A stretch of DNA of 64,000 nucleotides, from positions 17,706 through 81,705 of the forward strand of contig CAZJVE010000003.1 of NCBI GenBank assembly GCA_964549685.1, given 5' to 3'. The notes beneath the pieces were generated by a model, which was not told the DNA's origin, ran no database searches, and was given only the letters and a program-made list of their open reading frames with translations. A program made the position numbers and the translations under genes. This DNA is from an uncultured archaeon (GTDB lineage Archaea > Altiarchaeota > Altiarchaeia > IMC4 > QMZM01). Of this stretch, positions 52,101 through 60,330 are shown piece after piece (position 1 is the stretch's first letter; every line of letters begins with the position of its first letter).

Positions 52101-52475
52101 TGCTGCGAGTGTCGTTGGATTCCAGTAGATAGCTACCGCGCTGTCCCCTGTTGCTTGCCCGGGGGTTACAGTGTAATTCCAATAGTAATCGTATATCTCA
52201 TCCCACGAGGCAATAGTAAACTTATCGGGAGTTGTGGCGCCCCCTGTGGTGAGGGTTCCCTGGGCAATCAGGGTTGGGTTGGTTAAGGTATCAAAGCCCT
52301 GCCAGTATTCGGGTATGTTCGCCCCGGTGAATTCCATCTCAGTCGTTACAGCACCGGTTCCGGGAACGTTGAATGGGACGGCGTCATTGGAAGCAATCAT
52401 CGTATCCAGCATCACTCTGGCGCCCACGTCCTGAGAAACTGAGCCATTGTTCGTTACGGTATATTTAATCTCCAC
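49137..52475 (-). CDS. Large cell-surface protein (body): CARDB/DUF11-like and Thr-rich linkers, PPC (pre-peptidase C-terminal) domain, two IPT/TIG domains, C-terminal dockerin-like repeat. Lacks its own signal peptide.
   Basis: 'YEPDDTCSDATTIS...DQDWVKFTAVSGGVYTIE...YLYLYDTDC...GTYYVKI' (PPC). 'PTIEAVAPSTGATGAEVVIAGTNF' and 'PSVTSISPTSGTNDQPTAVTITGTNF' (IPT/TIG). 'GDFDGDGEVTLSEVIDAISMWYDD' (dockerin/EF-hand-like). The track start is an internal GTG. See the frameshift finding. Confidence 0.75.
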   Translation of the reverse strand: MEIKYTVTNNGSVSQDVGARVMLDTMIASNDAVPFNVPGTGAVTTEMEFTGANIPEYWQGFDTLTNPTLIAQGTLTTGGATTPDKFTIASWDEIYDYYWNYTVTPGQATGDSAVAIYWNPTTLAAGQSRTYTTYYGLGKVTIASGNLTAGLTATSTVSNCSNFTVVAYVSNVGGSTANDVAATISLPAGLMLSAGETSQKDMGNIANGSSNQSSWSVEPYGGVCGNMTITVTVTSSNVDSNTVNVTVNVPEACCVTTTTTSTINVTTTTTINVTTTTTVPTTTTTVSGTCNTPHSDPGWTTGSIEFYVVSEGCTQAGCGEGAGNATEYLIELRSGDDCGEQAWVWLDDVMNSGMGITPVAGHCYTGEIYSTTLMYPTCTDPLVMRYVLTEVSPCNECNDTTTTTTTSTTTILAEADAYEPDDTCSDATTISTDGTKQTHNFVPYNDQDWVKFTAVSGGVYTIETSELFANADTYLYLYDTDCVSLLSENDDYLGLESKIEWTATSSGTYYVKIAPYGGYTSVTSDTAYNVSVTGSSAVVNTSFFDNMESGTNGWTSTGFWHQETNPELVSIISGINPELVSLPDNGYLPSAYSGSTVWWYGENSTGTFIGSDYYTNICDNITYYYYNGDCQNPKGGGTSYAANTGDLISPTIDLTGVANSSLTFMSWYEIEGFDVDRYDMMYVYISTDGGVTYTQLGAINPINDVDGETFKSYSSGGLGLPGVWISQYFDISDYASSQTVIKFTFNTIDNLYNGFRGWIIDDVMVGTTGAAITPTIEAVAPSTGATGAEVVIAGTNFMNGASVMFGTTYATTVSVVSSSLIQVSVPSLADGTYDITVINPNAEQATSSNAFTVTTTYPPSVTSISPTSGTNDQPTAVTITGTNFESGATVLVGGSAVNNVVVVNSTSITGTVPAGLSGGYKNVKVTNPDSQYDVLMGGFYVNYTTAIEQITVTRTLPSTASPGGTFTVSLNLVVGGMPPEALGVTENVPSGWNVTATSPTAKYTPSEDKIEWLFWALGNPVENTTITYTVQVLGSANGTHTFSGTLEYGDVDDQAIAGDTTIDVSESALTGDFDGDGEVTLSEVIDAISMWYDDELTLADVIEAINNWASSG

Positions 52476-52897
52476 GGTATCTGCCTTCCAGTCGTTGAGC
52501 TTGTGACTATGGTAAGGGTCTGGGTTATGACTATGTCGGCTATAGTTTCTGTGAGAGTTATGGCATTCGTTGATGTCGTTGGAGCCGTAACCGCAATCGT
52601 GCCGGTACCATAGAGATAATTACTTCCATTTATCCTTAGTGAAGTGAAGGAACTCCATGGACTAGGGTGTCCAAACATCAATATCTGGTTATCGTCATTC
52701 GCATTGGCCGGGTCGCCTTGTTTGGTTCCCACGGTAAATTTGGTGTTATCGGCGACGGCAATTTCTACATAAGTGTTATTGACCGTCACAATAGTAGCCG
52801 GCTCTATTCCGGCTTTCTCAACAGCAGTAACATTCAAAGATGCAAAAACAAGCAAAACAAAAAGGCACGTCCAGAGTTTGAGGGTGCTGAATTCCAT
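52454..52897 (-). CDS. N-terminal signal-peptide fragment of the same surface protein (separate reading frame)
   Basis: 'MEFSTLKLWTCLFVLLVFASLNVTAVEKAG' is a signal peptide from ATG 52897. The ORF ends at 52454-52456 and overlaps the start of the 1112-aa ORF by 22 nt in another frame. Confidence 0.65.
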   Translation of the reverse strand: MEFSTLKLWTCLFVLLVFASLNVTAVEKAGIEPATIVTVNNTYVEIAVADNTKFTVGTKQGDPANANDDNQILMFGHPSPWSSFTSLRINGSNYLYGTGTIAVTAPTTSTNAITLTETIADIVITQTLTIVTSSTTGRQIPWRLNIP

Positions 52898-52937
52898 TGT
52901 GATTATATATTGCACAATGGAATAAAAAAGGGTTTTT

Positions 52938-55133
52938 TCAGCGCTCCATGAAGCCCTCTGCCTTTGGAATTTCCATGCTGAGGCCCTTCCTTTTTCTGAC
53001 GTCCATGACTACCTTGCCCTGGAGCTCGCTGGGCAATTTCTCGAAGCCCGAATTCTCGGTGCTCCAGAGGGCGTGGCCCTCGGTTGCGCTTCTTATATCT
53101 CCCGCAAAACCGAAGGATTCACCCACCGGCACCTTTCCTTCCACGGTCATGAGGTCGTCCTTCTGGTTCATCTGCAGTATTACGCCCCTTCTCTTCTGCA
53201 GCTCCTGGGTTACGGAGCCCATGTATTCCTGGGGCGTGTCTATCCATACCATCTGCATGGGTTCCATCATGCACGGTTCTGACTTGAGCAGGCAGGCATA
53301 TATGGGATTCTTTACTGCAGGATATATCTGTGCCGGGCCCCTGTGGATTGCGTCCTCGTGCAGAGTAGCGTCCATCAGCTTTACCTTGACCTTTATCGTC
53401 GGCTCCTTCGCCAGGGGACCGTTCTCCATGATGTCCTCAAATGCGTCGAACATCAGCTCCATGACCTCGTCCAGGTGCTGGACTCCCCTCGTCATGTCAA
53501 TGAACATATTGCCGCGGTAGATGTTGATTACTCTCTTTGCTTCCTCGCCGTCCATTCCCAGCTCTACGAGTTCAGCCCTTATGTCCTTGCTCTTGCCCTT
53601 TCTCCTGCCTTCTTCGATGTCGCCCTCGACTATTGCCTCGTATACTGAGTCTTCGAGGGGCTCCACCATGAGTTGGAACTTGTTGTGCTTGTTGGGGGAC
53701 TTGCCCTCGATGGGACCAAATTTCCCGGAGATTGTCTCCCTGTAAACGACTATCGGCGGGGATGCGTTTATCTCAAGGCCGTCGGCCTTTATCCTGTTTA
53801 CTATGACATCGAGATGGAGCTCGCCCATTCCCGAAAGGAGGTTCTCGCCTGTTTCCTCGTCAATCTGAACTCGCAATGCGGGGTCTTCCTTGGCTGTTTG
53901 TCTTAGAACCTCAACGACCTTTGGTAAATCCTTCATGCTCTTGGCCTCTATTGCCATGGTAACTACTGGCTCGGAGGTGTGAATCATGGCCTCGAAGGGC
54001 TTTATATCCTCAACGGAGACCGTTTCTCCGGCAAATGCCTTTTTAAGGCCAGTTATCCCGACGATGTTGCCTGCGGAAACAGCATCGGTATTCAGCCTGC
54101 TTGCGCCCATGTAGACGCTCACCTGCTGCACTCTCTCGGTGGATTTTGCCCCGACCAGGTAGACGTCCTGCCCCTGCTTAACAGTGCCTGAGAAGAGCCT
54201 GCCCGTAGCAACCTCGCCCTCCCTCTTGTCAAAGACGGATATGTTGGTTATCATCATGGCCAGCTTTCCATTGGCGTCGCTGTTAATCATCGACTTGCCC
54301 ATATCGCTCTCCAGGTCCCCCTTCCATATCTTGGGGATTCTGAATCTCTGCGCCTCCAGCGGATTCGGTAGGTGCTTTACAGCAATGTTGAGAAGAATCT
54401 CGTGGGCCGGGGCCTTTTCAGAGAGCTCCCTCTGCCTTTCTTCATTGCAGTGGTCGATGATGTCCTTGAATGTGATGTTGCTCTGCTTCATATAGGGGAC
54501 TGAAATTGCCCAGTTATGATAGGCAGAGCCAAAGGCAACGCTTCCTCCGTCAACGCTTACGGCCCAGTCGACTCCTTCAGGCTGCCTCTGCTTTATTATC
54601 TTGTTGACCTCAGTTATGATTTTAACGAATCTCTTCTGCAGCTCCTCTGGAGTAAGCTTCAATTCGTTGATGAGGCGGTCGACCTTGTTTATGAACAATG
54701 TGGGCTTAACCCCCTCCTTGAGGGCCTGGCTGACTACGGTCTTCGTCTGGGGCATTACTCCCTCCACCGCACATGCCACTACTATTACTCCGTCAACTGC
54801 TCTCATTGCCCGGGTAACGTCTCCGCCAAAGTCAACGTGGCCGGGGGTGTCAATCATGTTTATGAGATATTTCCTGTCCTCGTAGGGGTGAACCATGGAT
54901 ACGTTGGCTGCGTTTATGGTAATGCCTCTCTCCCTCTCATCGTCGTGGAAGTCCAGAGCAAGCTGCTTGCCAGCCATCTCCTTGGATATCATCCCTGCAT
55001 TGCACAGGAGATTGTCCGAAAGGGTCGTCTTTCCGTGGTCTATATGAGCGACAATACCCATGTTCCGAATCTGCTCGGGCTTGCCAATCAGCTCCGTTAT
55101 TTCCCGCATAATCTTATCTTCTCTAGCACCCAT
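52938..55133 (-). CDS. fusA: Translation elongation factor aEF-2
   Basis: '[22 protein letters not shown]', 'DTPGHVDF', 'NKVDR'. 731 aa. Confidence 0.97.
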   Translation of the reverse strand: MGAREDKIMREITELIGKPEQIRNMGIVAHIDHGKTTLSDNLLCNAGMISKEMAGKQLALDFHDDERERGITINAANVSMVHPYEDRKYLINMIDTPGHVDFGGDVTRAMRAVDGVIVVACAVEGVMPQTKTVVSQALKEGVKPTLFINKVDRLINELKLTPEELQKRFVKIITEVNKIIKQRQPEGVDWAVSVDGGSVAFGSAYHNWAISVPYMKQSNITFKDIIDHCNEERQRELSEKAPAHEILLNIAVKHLPNPLEAQRFRIPKIWKGDLESDMGKSMINSDANGKLAMMITNISVFDKREGEVATGRLFSGTVKQGQDVYLVGAKSTERVQQVSVYMGASRLNTDAVSAGNIVGITGLKKAFAGETVSVEDIKPFEAMIHTSEPVVTMAIEAKSMKDLPKVVEVLRQTAKEDPALRVQIDEETGENLLSGMGELHLDVIVNRIKADGLEINASPPIVVYRETISGKFGPIEGKSPNKHNKFQLMVEPLEDSVYEAIVEGDIEEGRRKGKSKDIRAELVELGMDGEEAKRVINIYRGNMFIDMTRGVQHLDEVMELMFDAFEDIMENGPLAKEPTIKVKVKLMDATLHEDAIHRGPAQIYPAVKNPIYACLLKSEPCMMEPMQMVWIDTPQEYMGSVTQELQKRRGVILQMNQKDDLMTVEGKVPVGESFGFAGDIRSATEGHALWSTENSGFEKLPSELQGKVVMDVRKRKGLSMEIPKAEGFMER

Positions 55134-55135
55134 TT

Positions 55136-55747
55136 TTATCTTGAAGACTTTGCAATCCTCTCTGTTTCCTCCTTGCGCTGGATTGCATAGCTCTTTGTAT
55201 CAGAATTCGCGGCCCAGATTATCTCATTGGCCAGGCAGTCCTCAACGGAATTCTTTGAATTAAAGGCTGTTGAGAAAGCGCCCAGGGATATGTACTTGAG
55301 AGCGAAGTCGACCCTTCTTTGCGAGGAAACATCAACGGCTTTGTGATAGCGGATTCCGCCGTATATTATGGTGGTGGTTTCTTCACTGGGCCCTGCATTT
55401 ATGACGGCATTTACCAGTACCTGTACTGGATTCTGCTTTGTCCTCTTCTCTATGATTGCAAAAGCGTCCCTGACGATGTTTATCGCGTTCTGCTTCTTCC
55501 CTGTATTCCCGCCTCCCCGTATATAGCGGCCGGCTACCTTCTTTGTTCCCTGACCGGAGCGCATCATCTTGTTTGCCAAACGCTCAACGATATTCATCTT
55601 GCTCTTTGCGAACTGCTTGCCGGTCCTTCTTCCTGCCGTGTGTGGAATGTATACGGGCTCAAGGCATATGTATCTCTTCAGGCCCTCATCCTTCACATCG
55701 ACCTTGAAGTCCCACTTCCCGAATAGCTTCTTTGTGTCTATGTCCAT
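55136..55747 (-). CDS. rps7: 30S ribosomal protein S7 (uS7)
   Basis: '[20 protein letters not shown]', '[10 protein letters not shown]', '[15 protein letters not shown]'. Confidence 0.93.
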   Translation of the reverse strand: MDIDTKKLFGKWDFKVDVKDEGLKRYICLEPVYIPHTAGRRTGKQFAKSKMNIVERLANKMMRSGQGTKKVAGRYIRGGGNTGKKQNAINIVRDAFAIIEKRTKQNPVQVLVNAVINAGPSEETTTIIYGGIRYHKAVDVSSQRRVDFALKYISLGAFSTAFNSKNSVEDCLANEIIWAANSDTKSYAIQRKEETERIAKSSR

Positions 55748-55749
55748 CT

Positions 55750-55902
55750 CTAACTGTATTTTTTGAATCCTATGTTATTCGCATTCTCCCTGAAGCACCT
55801 CCTGCAGATGTTCAGACCGTATTTGTGGATAATGCCATCGTGGGCGCCGCATACCGAGCATACCAACTTCCTTGCGTCTATCTTTTCGTTCTTCTTAAAC
55901 AT
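55750..55902 (-). CDS. rps14: 30S ribosomal protein S14 (uS14, zinc-ribbon type), 50 aa (below the ORF-track cutoff)
   Basis: Hand translation: [50 protein letters not shown]. CxxC...CxxC. Sits between L5 and S7 with 1-2 nt gaps. Confidence 0.88.
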   Translation of the reverse strand: MFKKNEKIDARKLVCSVCGAHDGIIHKYGLNICRRCFRENANNIGFKKYS

Positions 55903-55903
55903 T

Positions 55904-56425
55904 TTACTCCTCTGATATCTGAACCCCGAATTTTTCGCGCATGAATTCGATGGATTCCTCCCTCTTTATCAGGCTCTTGGCCGGAATCCTCGACTTTTTG
56001 AATCTCCTCCTCTTTACCCTGAAGCCTGGCCTCTCCATCCTTACCGAGATGTTCATCCCAAATACACCGATGTCAGGGTCATATCTTGTTCCAGGCAAAT
56101 CGATATACTCGGTAATTCCGAATGATATGTTTCCGTTGTTGTCAAAGCAGGACTCCTTGATGCTGTTCTCCTTGGCCTGGAATCCCTTCTTCAGGAATTC
56201 CTCCGCCTTTTCTCCCCTCATGGTCACCTTGCAGCCTATTGGGTCTCCTTTCTTGAGGTTCCAGGAGGGAATCTTGTGCCTCGATACGGTCCTGACTGGC
56301 TTGCACTCCGTCAGCTCCTCCAGGAGCTTCTCTGCCTTTACAAGCTTCTCTCCCGAGTCTCCCACACCTATATTCACGACGATTTTCTCTATTCTCGGTT
56401 TCCTCATGGAGTTGGGGTATTCCAT
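55904..56425 (-). CDS. rpl5: 50S ribosomal protein L5 (uL5)
   Basis: '[17 protein letters not shown]', '[11 protein letters not shown]', 'GMNISV'. Confidence 0.93.
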   Translation of the reverse strand: MEYPNSMRKPRIEKIVVNIGVGDSGEKLVKAEKLLEELTECKPVRTVSRHKIPSWNLKKGDPIGCKVTMRGEKAEEFLKKGFQAKENSIKESCFDNNGNISFGITEYIDLPGTRYDPDIGVFGMNISVRMERPGFRVKRRRFKKSRIPAKSLIKREESIEFMREKFGVQISEE

Positions 56426-56426
56426 C

Positions 56427-57092
56427 TTAGATAGATATTGAGGGCTTGTCCTTGCCTATAACGAAAAGGTATCTTGTGAGTGTCTGAAGCTCTCCGACCT
56501 TGGTTAGCGAGTCTCTCTTCATGGTTCCTGGAAGTATCTCGCCAATCTTCCCGGCCTCTCCTGAATGCCTGCCATGCACAACCATGGCAGTATTCCCCTC
56601 CTTGAATTCTATCGAGTCCTTTACCTTCCCTGTCTTTATGTCAATCACCAGGGTGTCCTTTCGCTTGTATTCGTTCTTATCGAGCAGGATATTGGTTCCG
56701 TCATGGAGGTTCAGCTGTATCTTGCCCTTTGGCATGGTTGATTTGCTGACTATCTTGCACAGCCTTGTTCCTGCCTCCTTGTCGTCAATCCCCTTTGGAT
56801 AGAGGCCCTTCTTGCTCGGAAGAATCCTGAAGGATTTTTTGAGTGTCGGTATCTCGATTATATCCATAAGTCCGACAGCGTATTTTGGTTCCCTTCTTGC
56901 CTTTCCATTAACGATGATATGGCCGTCCCTTATTGCCCTCCTGGCCTCTCTTGCGGTGTCAGCATGGCCAAGGACATCCCTTAATAGCGTAATCAGGGGT
57001 ATGCTCCCCTCCTTTGAATGCGCTCCTGGGTTGGGTACGGTTATGAATATCGGGTGCTTTCCCTGGCCGGATGCAATTCTCTTTTGGTGCAT
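56427..57092 (-). CDS. rps4e: 30S ribosomal protein S4e (eS4)
   Basis: 'PLITLLRDVLGHADTAREARRAI', 'VNGKARREPKYAVGLMDIIEI', and a KOW-like C-terminal region. Confidence 0.9.
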   Translation of the reverse strand: MHQKRIASGQGKHPIFITVPNPGAHSKEGSIPLITLLRDVLGHADTAREARRAIRDGHIIVNGKARREPKYAVGLMDIIEIPTLKKSFRILPSKKGLYPKGIDDKEAGTRLCKIVSKSTMPKGKIQLNLHDGTNILLDKNEYKRKDTLVIDIKTGKVKDSIEFKEGNTAMVVHGRHSGEAGKIGEILPGTMKRDSLTKVGELQTLTRYLFVIGKDKPSISI

Positions 57093-57093
57093 T

Positions 57094-57465
57094 TTATTTT
57101 ATGTTCCTCTCAAGGAGGTCCATCCTCTCCTTGTCGTCCATATAAAGGTCGGTTATCATGACATTCGATGGGTCTATCGCCTTCTCAACGTCTGTGCCGT
57201 CTGCCTTCTTTATCGTTATACCATCGACGTAGATTTTGTAGTCCTTGAGGCTTACTCTCGTTATCTCCCCCACATTGTCCTTGAAGTCCCCCCTCATTAC
57301 CCTCACCTTGTCGCCCTTCCTGACGTTGAGGGTCCTTCTCTTGTACTTCTGTCCAAGTTCCTTGCTTAAAGGAGAGGAAAGCATCTTCTGCCTCCTGTGC
57401 AATGGAGCAACTGCCTTCCATTTCCTCTGCTTTCCTGGCTTCTTGGAACTTGGATGCGTTTTCAT
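57094..57465 (-). CDS. rpl24: 50S ribosomal protein L24 (uL24)
   Basis: 'RKGDKVRVMRGDFKDNVGEITRV' (KOW motif). Confidence 0.92.
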   Translation of the reverse strand: MKTHPSSKKPGKQRKWKAVAPLHRRQKMLSSPLSKELGQKYKRRTLNVRKGDKVRVMRGDFKDNVGEITRVSLKDYKIYVDGITIKKADGTDVEKAIDPSNVMITDLYMDDKERMDLLERNIK

Positions 57466-57466
57466 C

Positions 57467-57904
57467 TTAAATTACAATGCTTGCTATCGAGCCGATTTTG
57501 TTCCACTTCTCGGTGGCTTCTCTTGCAATGGCCCCCTTTATCTCGGTGCCTTTCGGAAGTCCGTCATCATTCACAAGAACAGCAGCATTGTCCTCGAATT
57601 TTATCTTCGAGCCGTTGAATCTTGTGTACTCCTTCCTCTGCCTCACTATGACTGCAAGGGATGTTTGATGCCTGAGCTCCGGCTTGCCCTTCTTTATTGA
57701 AACGGTGACCAAATCGCCAATCCCTGCCTTTGGAAGCCTCCTCCTCACCCCCTTGTATGCCCTCACTGAGATTATCTCCACCTCCTTGGCTCCCGTGTTG
57801 TCTGCACAGGTCAGCTTCGAACCTGTAACTAATGATTTTGTTATTTTTGCCGTAACCGCCTTCCCCAGCGGCAGGTTCTTCATTACTCCCAGTGGTTTTG
57901 CCAT
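57467..57904 (-). CDS. rpl14: 50S ribosomal protein L14 (uL14)
   Basis: 'LTCADNTGAKEVEIISV', 'AAVLVNDDGLPKGTEIKG'. Confidence 0.94.
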   Translation of the reverse strand: MAKPLGVMKNLPLGKAVTAKITKSLVTGSKLTCADNTGAKEVEIISVRAYKGVRRRLPKAGIGDLVTVSIKKGKPELRHQTSLAVIVRQRKEYTRFNGSKIKFEDNAAVLVNDDGLPKGTEIKGAIAREATEKWNKIGSIASIVI

Positions 57905-57905
57905 T

Positions 57906-58232
57906 CTAATCCAATTTCTCGGTAACGACGAAACTAACGGTCTTGCTCAGTTTCCTGCATTCCCTTATCCTGACCCTGTCCCCGGCCTTTGCATCAATGC
58001 ATGGGGGGTTGTGGGCAGCAATCCTCGACTTTGAGGACCTGTAACGCTCATACTTGTTCAGCCTTATCTTGTAATCACTCTGCACAATCACCGTCTTGTC
58101 CATCTTGTCCGAGGCCACGGCTCCCTCGAGAACCGCCCCTCTCGTCGATAGAGAGCCATGAATGGGACAATTCATGTCATTGCATCCCTTTGCCTCCTTC
58201 TTGGCAGCCTTCTTCTTTGGTTTCTCTTCCAT
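57906..58232 (-). CDS. rps17: 30S ribosomal protein S17 (uS17)
   Basis: 'CNDMNCPIHGSLSTRG', 'KTVIVQSDY', 'GDRVRIRECRKLSKTVSF'. Confidence 0.93.
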   Translation of the reverse strand: MEEKPKKKAAKKEAKGCNDMNCPIHGSLSTRGAVLEGAVASDKMDKTVIVQSDYKIRLNKYERYRSSKSRIAAHNPPCIDAKAGDRVRIRECRKLSKTVSFVVTEKLD

Positions 58233-58278
58233 TCTTCAAGCAAATGATATTTTGATGAGTAACGATACAAGAAGAAAA

Positions 58279-58563
58279 TTACGCGAATTTTATCCTGTAT
58301 TTCTTCTTCACCCGGTCCTCTGGTCTTGCGACTATCAGCCTTCCATCAAGCCTGACTTTCTCACCACCAGGAAGCCTCAATTCCAGCGTTATGCAATCCT
58401 TGGGGAGCTTTCTGACCTTTTTGTCGCGTCCCTGTATTTCCAGCGTATTCCTTGTCTCCCTGATTATGGTTCCGTTACACTTGTAGCCAGGATGCGCCGA
58501 ATCCACTATTTTTGCTTCCAGGCCGATTAGCTCGTGCTGCAATATGTTGTAAGGGGTGATCAT
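58279..58563 (-). CDS. rnp1: RNase P protein component 1 (Rpp29/Pop4)
   Basis: 'ELIGLEAKIVDSAHPGYKCNGTIIRETRNTLEI', 'GRLIVARPEDR'. Usual archaeal position between SUI1/L29 and S17. Confidence 0.88.
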   Translation of the reverse strand: MITPYNILQHELIGLEAKIVDSAHPGYKCNGTIIRETRNTLEIQGRDKKVRKLPKDCITLELRLPGGEKVRLDGRLIVARPEDRVKKKYRIKFA

Positions 58564-58565
58564 GT

Positions 58566-58862
58566 CTATCCTATATCAATCATGTCCTCGGAGAAGCCCA
58601 TGCTTACGAGAACATTCTTCATCTTGGTAAGATGGTTTCCCTGTAGCTCAATCGTATTGCCCTTGGATGTCCCGCCGCACGCCATTTTTGTCTTAAGTTC
58701 CTTGGCAATCTTGTGGACATCCACGTTGTCCAGGCCGTCAATGATTGTCACGGGTTTGCCGTATTTTCTCCTGTCATTGCGAACTCTGATGCGCTGACCC
58801 TCCTTGGTCATTTCGTCGCAGACACACAACTCCTCGGGAAGCCCACACCTAGGACAATTCAT
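58566..58862 (-). CDS. Translation initiation factor aSUI1 (aIF1)
   Basis: N-terminal 'CPRCGLPEELCVC' knuckle, 'RKYGKPVTIIDGL', 'KELKTKMACGGT', 'IELQGNH'. Confidence 0.9.
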   Translation of the reverse strand: MNCPRCGLPEELCVCDEMTKEGQRIRVRNDRRKYGKPVTIIDGLDNVDVHKIAKELKTKMACGGTSKGNTIELQGNHLTKMKNVLVSMGFSEDMIDIG

Positions 58863-59070
58863 TTCGTTTTTCTTTTGAATCTTCGTTTTTTATCGTTAGT
58901 ATTCTGGCTATGGTGCGTTTTATCTCCCTTGCCTTTCCTATGTCTTCCGGAATTCCGCCGGACGATAAAACGCCCTTAATCTTCATGTACTCGAGCCTCA
59001 GCTCAGAGAGATGCTTGTCCAGTTCCTCGTCGTTCATCCCCCTTAACTCCTCCGCCCTTAGTATTGCCAT
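58849..59070 (-). CDS. rpl29: 50S ribosomal protein L29 (uL29)
   Basis: 'LRAEELRGMNDEELDKHLSELRLEY', 'REIKRTIARILT'. Confidence 0.92.
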   Translation of the reverse strand: MAILRAEELRGMNDEELDKHLSELRLEYMKIKGVLSSGGIPEDIGKAREIKRTIARILTIKNEDSKEKRNELS

Positions 59071-59110
59071 GCTATGAAGTATAATATATATGATTGTTAT
59101 TATTAAAAAT

Positions 59111-59872
59111 CTACTTGGCCTTGGCCTTTTCTGACTTTTTCTTTTTCTCGGCCCTTGGTTTTTTTGTTTCCTTTTTCCTGGCCTTCTTCTTTTTCTCTTC
59201 CTTGGCCTCGCTCTCCCTGGCTTCCTTCTCCTTCAGGGCCTCGGCCTCCTTTGCCTTCTCCTCCTTTCGGGCGGCCTTGGATATGACCTCTATCTGATCT
59301 GGAAATATAACATCTGGGCGGACTATCTTCACGGTCACTCCAATAACGCCTGCCTTCAGATATGCCTGAGTAGCGCCATTATCAACCAACTTTGAGGAAT
59401 CACCGGCCTTCTTCATATACCCTTCGAGGTACTTTTCAGTTCTGGACCTTCCCCCCTTCCCGACCAGTTTGCCACGGAGGGTTATCTCAATGCCCCTGGC
59501 CCCGCAGCCCATGACTGCCCTCAGGGCCTTATAGATTACCCTTCTCCGGTTCATTCCCCTCTCCAGTGCGACTGCAATCCTCCTTGCGACTATGTTCGCA
59601 TCGAGAGTAGGTACTTCAATCTTCTGGACATCTATGGCGGGATTGTCGACCCCATACTTCTCCTGAAGCACCCTTGTGAGTCTGTTTATCCTCTTGCCCT
59701 TCTTACCTATGACAAGGGGGGGTTTCTCAACATAGAGAATCACCCTTGTTGCAAGAGGGGTCTTCTGTATGTTTATCCCTGAATAGCCTGACCTGTTCAA
59801 TTCGCTCTTTAGGTAGTTCTCTATTTCTGAGCGGATTATTCCCTCCTGAATGAAATGCTTTTCCATCGCCAT
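59111..59872 (-). CDS. rps3: 30S ribosomal protein S3 (uS3) with Lys/Glu-rich C-terminal tail
   Basis: KH domain 'VEKPPLVIGKKGKRI', 'GARGIEITLRGKL'. Tail 'KEEKAKEAEALKEKEARESEAKEEKKKKARKKETKKPRAEKKKKSEKAKAK'. Confidence 0.93.
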   Translation of the reverse strand: MAMEKHFIQEGIIRSEIENYLKSELNRSGYSGINIQKTPLATRVILYVEKPPLVIGKKGKRINRLTRVLQEKYGVDNPAIDVQKIEVPTLDANIVARRIAVALERGMNRRRVIYKALRAVMGCGARGIEITLRGKLVGKGGRSRTEKYLEGYMKKAGDSSKLVDNGATQAYLKAGVIGVTVKIVRPDVIFPDQIEVISKAARKEEKAKEAEALKEKEARESEAKEEKKKKARKKETKKPRAEKKKKSEKAKAK

Positions 59873-59873
59873 C

Positions 59874-60326
59874 TTACTTTTCCTTTGCTATTGCCTGTAT
59901 ATGGACAAGCTCCGTTCTCCAGAGCTTCCATCTACCCTTGGGCTTTATCCTCCTTCTTCTGGCTCCCTTGTGCGCCTCTATATGAGTCAGCTTTAGTTTC
60001 TCCGTATCCAGGCCCTTGTAGTCTGCATTGGCCTCGACGTTCCTCAGGACCTTGAGAATCTCGGAGGCCGCCTTCTTTGGGTATTTTGCAATGGTCTCCT
60101 TGCCATCGCCCTTCCTGTGGCCAACGCCCGTCCTGAACCTCTTGAATGGAATTGGCCTCTCCTTTGAGATTACCGACTCCAGGAGATTTATGGCCTTGGA
60201 CAGCTCCATGCTCCTTATCCTGTCACAGACCGTTACCGAGTGCTTGAATGACATATTAAGGCCAACGCCCATGCCCTTCGCAAGCTTGCTCTCGTCCTCC
60301 AGCTTTTGTGAATATTTGAGTTCCAT
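59874..60326 (-). CDS. rpl22: 50S ribosomal protein L22 (uL22)
   Basis: 'VCDRIRSMELSKAINLLESV', 'VGHRKG', 'HIEAHKGARRRR'. Confidence 0.92.
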   Translation of the reverse strand: MELKYSQKLEDESKLAKGMGVGLNMSFKHSVTVCDRIRSMELSKAINLLESVISKERPIPFKRFRTGVGHRKGDGKETIAKYPKKAASEILKVLRNVEANADYKGLDTEKLKLTHIEAHKGARRRRIKPKGRWKLWRTELVHIQAIAKEK

Positions 60327-60330
60327 TCTA

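Noticed and set aside
54516-55190. 224-aa plus-strand ORF, plus several others at 52948-54495
   Set aside because: Antisense to aEF-2, which is unambiguous. No motifs. Shadow ORFs.
58233-58278. Possible C/D-box sRNA (TGATGA at about 58248)
   Set aside because: No matching D box (CTGA) or terminal stem at an appropriate distance on either strand. The spacer is only 46 nt.
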